From Phoronis australis (taxonomy: Eukaryota; Animalia; Phoronida): DNA of 64,000 nucleotides. Below are positions 58,880 through 64,000 of the stretch, one piece after another (within the stretch, counting starts at the first letter, position 1; every line of letters starts with the position of its first letter). A program made the position numbers and the translations under genes. Location of the stretch: positions 402,356 through 466,355 of the forward strand of contig NMRA01000352.1 of NCBI GenBank assembly GCA_002633005.1, read 5' to 3'. The notes beneath the pieces were generated by a model. That model did not search any database, was not told the DNA's origin, and worked only from the letters and a program-made list of their open reading frames with translations.

Positions 58880-59720
58880 AACCGACAACTCATTGGACCA
58901 TTGCTTGGTGCAAGTCTAAAAAAAGTAAAATCACTACATACATGACAAAATACGAGACAAACTACAGCTGTTTTGAATTTAAAAAGTTGGTGAATTTCGT
59001 CAATTCTTGTCTGGTTTCAAACTGTGACAAAAACGCTGAGGAAAACAGATGAAAAACACTTGAATCACAAATGTTGGCTTCAAACTCAGTTCCTTTTTCA
59101 AGAGGGCATACCTCACCAACTCTTTTTGAAAATTTAACTGCAAGTACACCACAGTTAATATCTTACAACAAGAAAAGTGAATTTCTCGGCATACTTTGCT
59201 TTGACTAAGTTGTTGTCAACTCTTCACAGACATCACTTTACCATTTACAAAAATCGACCAAATGTGTATGGATGCATCACAAGCACATAATTTTGAAATT
59301 GACGACGAACTATTCTTTGGCGGCACGTAAGCCACTCTCCCACATAAGCCTGGTCAACCTTAACTGGTTCCCGACAACATCTTAATTCCCAAAAATCATT
59401 CAGATGTCACAACATGCAGTCCAGTGCTTTCGGAAAGGGACAATGATGGAAGAACAAATAATGTTAATGAAATGTGTTTATTTTAAACAGCTTAAAACAC
59501 AAATTTGATAGAGGGGGTCAACTTGCATTTTTGCCTTGGGCACTAATGTAATAATGTTTTCACTTTTTCACATTTGCTAATTGGACCATGATTCAAAGGT
59601 TACACACTACACACATATAAACATTTTTATAGACTGTCATATCCCATGAACACAGACTACATTTGTGAATGTGAAGGGTAATTGGGATCAGCTGCAAAAC
59701 TGACGACCCCCCATTCAACA

Positions 59721-60417
59721 CACAGGCATCCTCAGCTTCTGATTATCCCCAATACACTACATACCGGTATTATACTACAAGGTACGACACTCGGGACTAG
59801 AAATTCCACGGGTGCTTCGATTCAGCCGTCCATATCAAACACATATAACTCAATAAATTTACACAAAACAGTGGTTCAACAAACCATGAGCAATTGTTCT
59901 TTCTTATGATACCATTCACGGTGTCTTGCTCCTGCTTGTTCGCAAGAAATTCGCAGTCAATTAAGCACAAAAATGTTCCCAAAAAGCCCAGACACACCTC
60001 GCACCTTGATGGATCGAGGTCAAGGACGGAACGAAAATTACCGATGAGTTACGGATGGAAGGCTAAGTGTAGAGTTATCAACATCGTGACTTTACGCGAC
60101 AAACCGGCAATTTCCGTACCATCCTTGACATGAACCGTCAAAGTGCGAGGTGTCTGGCCTTTTTGGGAACATTTTTGTGCTTTGACTGCAAATTTCTTGC
60201 GAACTCGCTGGAGCACGACATCGTGAATGGTAATATAAGAAAGATCAATTGCTCATGGTTTGTTGAACCCCTGTTTCGTGTAAATTTATTGAGTTATGTG
60301 TTTGATATGGACGGCTGAATCAAAGCACCCCTGGAATTTCTAGTACCGAGTGTCATACCTTGTAGTATTATATATGTATAGTGTATTGGGGACGACCAGG
60401 AGCTGAGGACGTCTGTG
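59721..60417. mobile_element. 697-bp foldback element with ~320-bp arms and near-perfect 8-bp TSD
   Basis: Arms 59721-60043 and 60104-60417; flanks ATTCAACA/ATTCAGCA; termini match the 63-bp element at 28370. Confidence 0.88.
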
Positions 60418-62219
60418 ATTCAGCATGTCTTTTTGGTAGGATGCCTTGAACGTCAGAGTCGAAAGTAAAGTCATTAACCTTGCAATTTCACGATGGGGCC
60501 AATATACAATCTAGGCAAGCTCAAAATGTCTGAATTTGTGAAAGTGAACAAAAAATTGGGACAAGAACTCGGATGTCACAAGCTAGAGAACTTGTGGTGC
60601 CTAGGGTGGAAAATCCATGACCACAGGCCATACATAGCAATGACACTTGAAATTTGAAAAAACAGACATGAATCATAAAATCCATTAATTGTGATGCGGT
60701 AAATATGTCAGGTCGACCCGCTATGACCTACGTTGAATCTTGGCGTTTGTTTGTTGTTGCTCTCGCAAATCCAACAGACTGCATGGATTGGCATTTTCTT
60801 GTGGCACAGAAAGAACATTGTGAAACTCGTAAAGGTGTAACAATGAGTTTAGTTCAGGTGGCAGCAAAACTACGTAGTCTAAATGTGTTCGTGACTGCGC
60901 CACTCAACTTGGCTACATTCAATAGTCACCACAGGCCCATAGACCTACTCATTTTACAGCCAGATTACACTTTATTGACATAGTATGCATCCGCCAACAG
61001 AAACACAACCATTGATCATAGGCGTGGACACCAAGGAAACCACCTTATACATAGACAGACTTCATTGTTTGGGCATTAGTGTACAGATTTGTAACGTCCG
61101 CAAACTCATCGCTACACACATCTGAATTTGAACTGAAAATATGCGGTGAGAACAAAGCCTAGAGACTTGTTTAAGGTCCGACATAATCTAAGCGATTCCC
61201 CCCGTATTCGTAGCAGTTTAAATGGTCAAAATCGGTACATTTTAAGCTGTAAAAACGTGTCATTTAGTTGTCAGCAACATCAACGAGTGTTTCCCCAGAA
61301 AATTTTATCAGCCAAATAATATTCTGAAAACACTCACCAACAGTTTAATGTTCGCTGCAATTGGGGTTTCCCGCGGAAATTCACGCGCCTGGTTCAACTT
61401 TGACCCCTTCTCCGCCCTGATATAATTTCGATAATAAACGTTAGAAGGCGGCACAAGACGGTCACCGCGAACTAACAAATGGTATAGAAAACTAGTGCCA
61501 TACCTCTGTTCCTTTTTGTTAGTAACCAATCACTTGAGTATGTAATAATGATGGAAGACGGAGCCTTGTAACGGACAAAAGCATAAAAATAACTAACAAA
61601 AACCAATCACTTCACAATTATCACCAAACGTTTCTGAAACTTGCAATTCGGTTATATGCTCCCTAGCTCGGGGAGCAGGGTGCCGCAAACCGGCAGCGGG
61701 CGCGGCCTTCACTGATGAAGTAGAATAAACGCCTACTACTTCGATCTGACCCCCGGAGCACTTAGCTTCCATCTCAGTACGTACATAAATGGATGCCTGC
61801 CGTTGTCTACGATCTGTTTGTGACCCATGCGGACCTTACAAGGGTGCAAATCAGCTAGATATTCGACTCCGCCAGGTGCGGATCCAGCCGGCCGGGATTC
61901 CGCGGAACCGTTGCATTCGATCGAGTCAACTTGGACCCTTTTCCGCCCTGGTAATAAGAATGTGTTCATTCGCAATCGAACTAATTATAGATAATTTACA
62001 TTCATTAAACCCTAATTGACCTGTATAATGGCTCGCCGTCCGACGGTCAGAAGTCTTGCAACGAGAGTATGGCAAACTTTTTATACTACAAGAATGGCAA
62101 AACAGAAACCTACATGGGCCAGTTCGTGGGAACAAAACACTCATTGTCTCACATGGTGTCAATTGTATTCGCTTACAGTGCTAACATACCAATCTTGATG
62201 ATAGACTCGGACCTCGATC

Positions 62220-62443
62220 GAATCGGGAAAAAAATAGAAAAGGAAACGACTTGGAAGAGCTGTTAATGTTCTTACAAGATAGTTTCAATGAGAGTGATGA
62301 TCATGAAATTGCTGTTCTTTGGAAAATAAGAAGTCAGAAGAGAATGATACATGCATGGAGTAATGGTCAGATCGAGAGCTAACTGGGTTGAAAAAAGCGA
62401 AAAACCAACAAAATATTTTTGTGCAGAAAAGCGAAGAATGTGA
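62220..62443 (+). pseudogene. L1/Tx1-clade LINE ORF2 fragment
   Basis: 62351-62443 translates MHGVMVRSRANWVEKSEKPTKYFCAEKR, the RSRxxWxExGEKxTKYF motif found between the endonuclease and RT. Confidence 0.75.
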
Positions 62444-62477
62444 TTAAGCTACTAACATAACGCTAAATCGTCGTGAG

Positions 62478-62519
62478 AGACCGTCCGGAGTTGGTATATG
62501 GTGCAACTCCGGACGGTCT
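62478..62519. repeat. Perfect 16-bp GC-rich hairpin
   Basis: AGACCGTCCGGAGTTG - 10 nt - CAACTCCGGACGGTCT. Confidence 0.9.
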
Positions 62520-64000
62520 GGGGTCAACAGAAAACCATAGTTCAACTGTGAGTCAACACCAATGTCATAAACGAGAGTAGTTCTACTTGCTACGTCAGCT
62601 GCAGGTATGCTTATCTCTTTTATGACACAAAATGTGTGATTGGGCAAAGCGTTTTCAAAATAATGTGGATAAATCGGTGGAGAGTGAGACACCTGAGGTC
62701 CCTGTCAATTCCTCACGACAACTCTACGTTATGGCTCCAATAATGCTGTTATCAAGGAACAATCCGCGCCCCCCTCGGAGATCACTTCTCTTTTTATAAG
62801 AATTTATACTCCTGTAAAGACGGCGACCTGATTTGGCATACGTATCTTGCCCAATATTAGTGGAAGCAGAGGAAATTTTGTGTGTTGAATTGGAAGAAAT
62901 TCTAGTTCCCAGGAAGCAACTGGCAGTGGACCCCGATTACAAAAGCATTCCGTTAAATTTCTGACTACGCTGTTCTACTAGATGCGAAATTTAAATTAAT
63001 TCCAGTTTAATACAAGCGTCCTGTGCTGTTTTGCCAAGCATCACGACTTGCAGGTCAATTCTCTACCAGTGGTTACTAAAACCAGATCACTAAATATTTT
63101 CATATGATTGGCCTTGAGCAAATCATGACTTGTACGTGGCCCAGGGCGGAAACTTCAGTCATTACGTGACTGTAAGGCCACCCAACCGCCACTCTGAGGA
63201 TGACAGCATGCAGCCATTGGCGGTCAAAGGTGTTCAGTCATTTTATTGTTACATGGTTGTGCATCACAAATTTGCATTGACAGTTAAAACCATTCATCTA
63301 TCAACGGTCAGTTCTCAATGACTCAGTACCGAAACCTATAGCCGCGATGCATCTATTTCGGCTAATTTTGCCCATAATTCTTTGGATGAAAATCGACCAT
63401 AACGTAACATTTAAAGAGAAATTCAATTTCAAAAGCCAAACAGTTTGAAAAATCTGCTGTTGTAGCACACGATTTATCAATTTATTTCATTAAGTGTTAC
63501 CAATGCGCCAATGGCTCTACTACTTAATAGGACCTTAAATGAAATATCCTGATGATACGAGACACCTCCTACGCAAACATTCAGGGTTTTCTTATTCCAA
63601 ACTGTGACTTATCCGTCCTAATCGATTGAGAAAGTAACGAGCGTGGCTCAGTTGCGCTGCTGACGAAATCCTATTCGCTAATTACTCATATTTTAATTGC
63701 ACTGATTTTAAAAATTCGAAGTCAGCCAGTATCTACTTATCAATTTTAAAAACAATCATATTGCACTTGCGGAGAAAAATCTTCTCTTGTGGAACAAAAC
63801 AGTAAATTCCACTTTATAATTTATGAATTATTCAACACTACAACGAGCCAGCCACACCGACGAGTCACTTGAGTGACCACCAAATAAATTCGCTATGTTA
63901 CGCTATATGTAGTAATTAGGGTCTCAGCTGAGCCTACTCGCGACGCAATCACCTTTCACTCGCGTGATTTTGCGTGATCTTCGTGATCTCGCTTTTCTCG

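Noticed and set aside
61712-61745. CTGATGA followed by a hairpin as a second hammerhead
   Set aside because: The stem is followed by GATC, not the required GAAA core.
61560-62000. GC-rich stretch as an LTR or BICRA promoter
   Set aside because: TGTAAC starts are present, but I found no paired LTR, TSD or convincing donor site; left unassigned.

Overview
Eukaryotic, intron-rich metazoan DNA, probably a marine invertebrate bilaterian (inferred from gene content and repeat types; the species cannot be determined). Two multi-exon genes lie on the minus strand. TYSND1 (peroxisomal leader-peptide processing protease) has 9 coding exons at 8056-24326, about 563 aa, ending in PTS1 SKL, plus a candidate upstream exon near 28.8 kb. 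BICRA/GLTSCR1 (ncBAF subunit) has 9 coding exons at 37009-58879, about 1201 aa. I assembled both by hand from GT-AG sites with consistent phases. Introns and intergenic DNA are packed with transposon remnants: a Kolobok deletion derivative (THAP plus KolX relics), MULE-, hAT- and Harbinger-like MITEs with readable TSDs, a Penelope GIY-YIG fragment with a hammerhead-like core, a Tx1/L1 fragment and tRNA-derived SINEs. The most striking signal is a Helentron-type non-autonomous (HINE-like) family with 6-7 co-oriented copies. Its internal ~146-bp tandem units each carry a CTCF-consensus-like motif, so it may be a mobile cassette of unidirectional candidate CTCF sites. All coordinates were read by eye and no searches were run.
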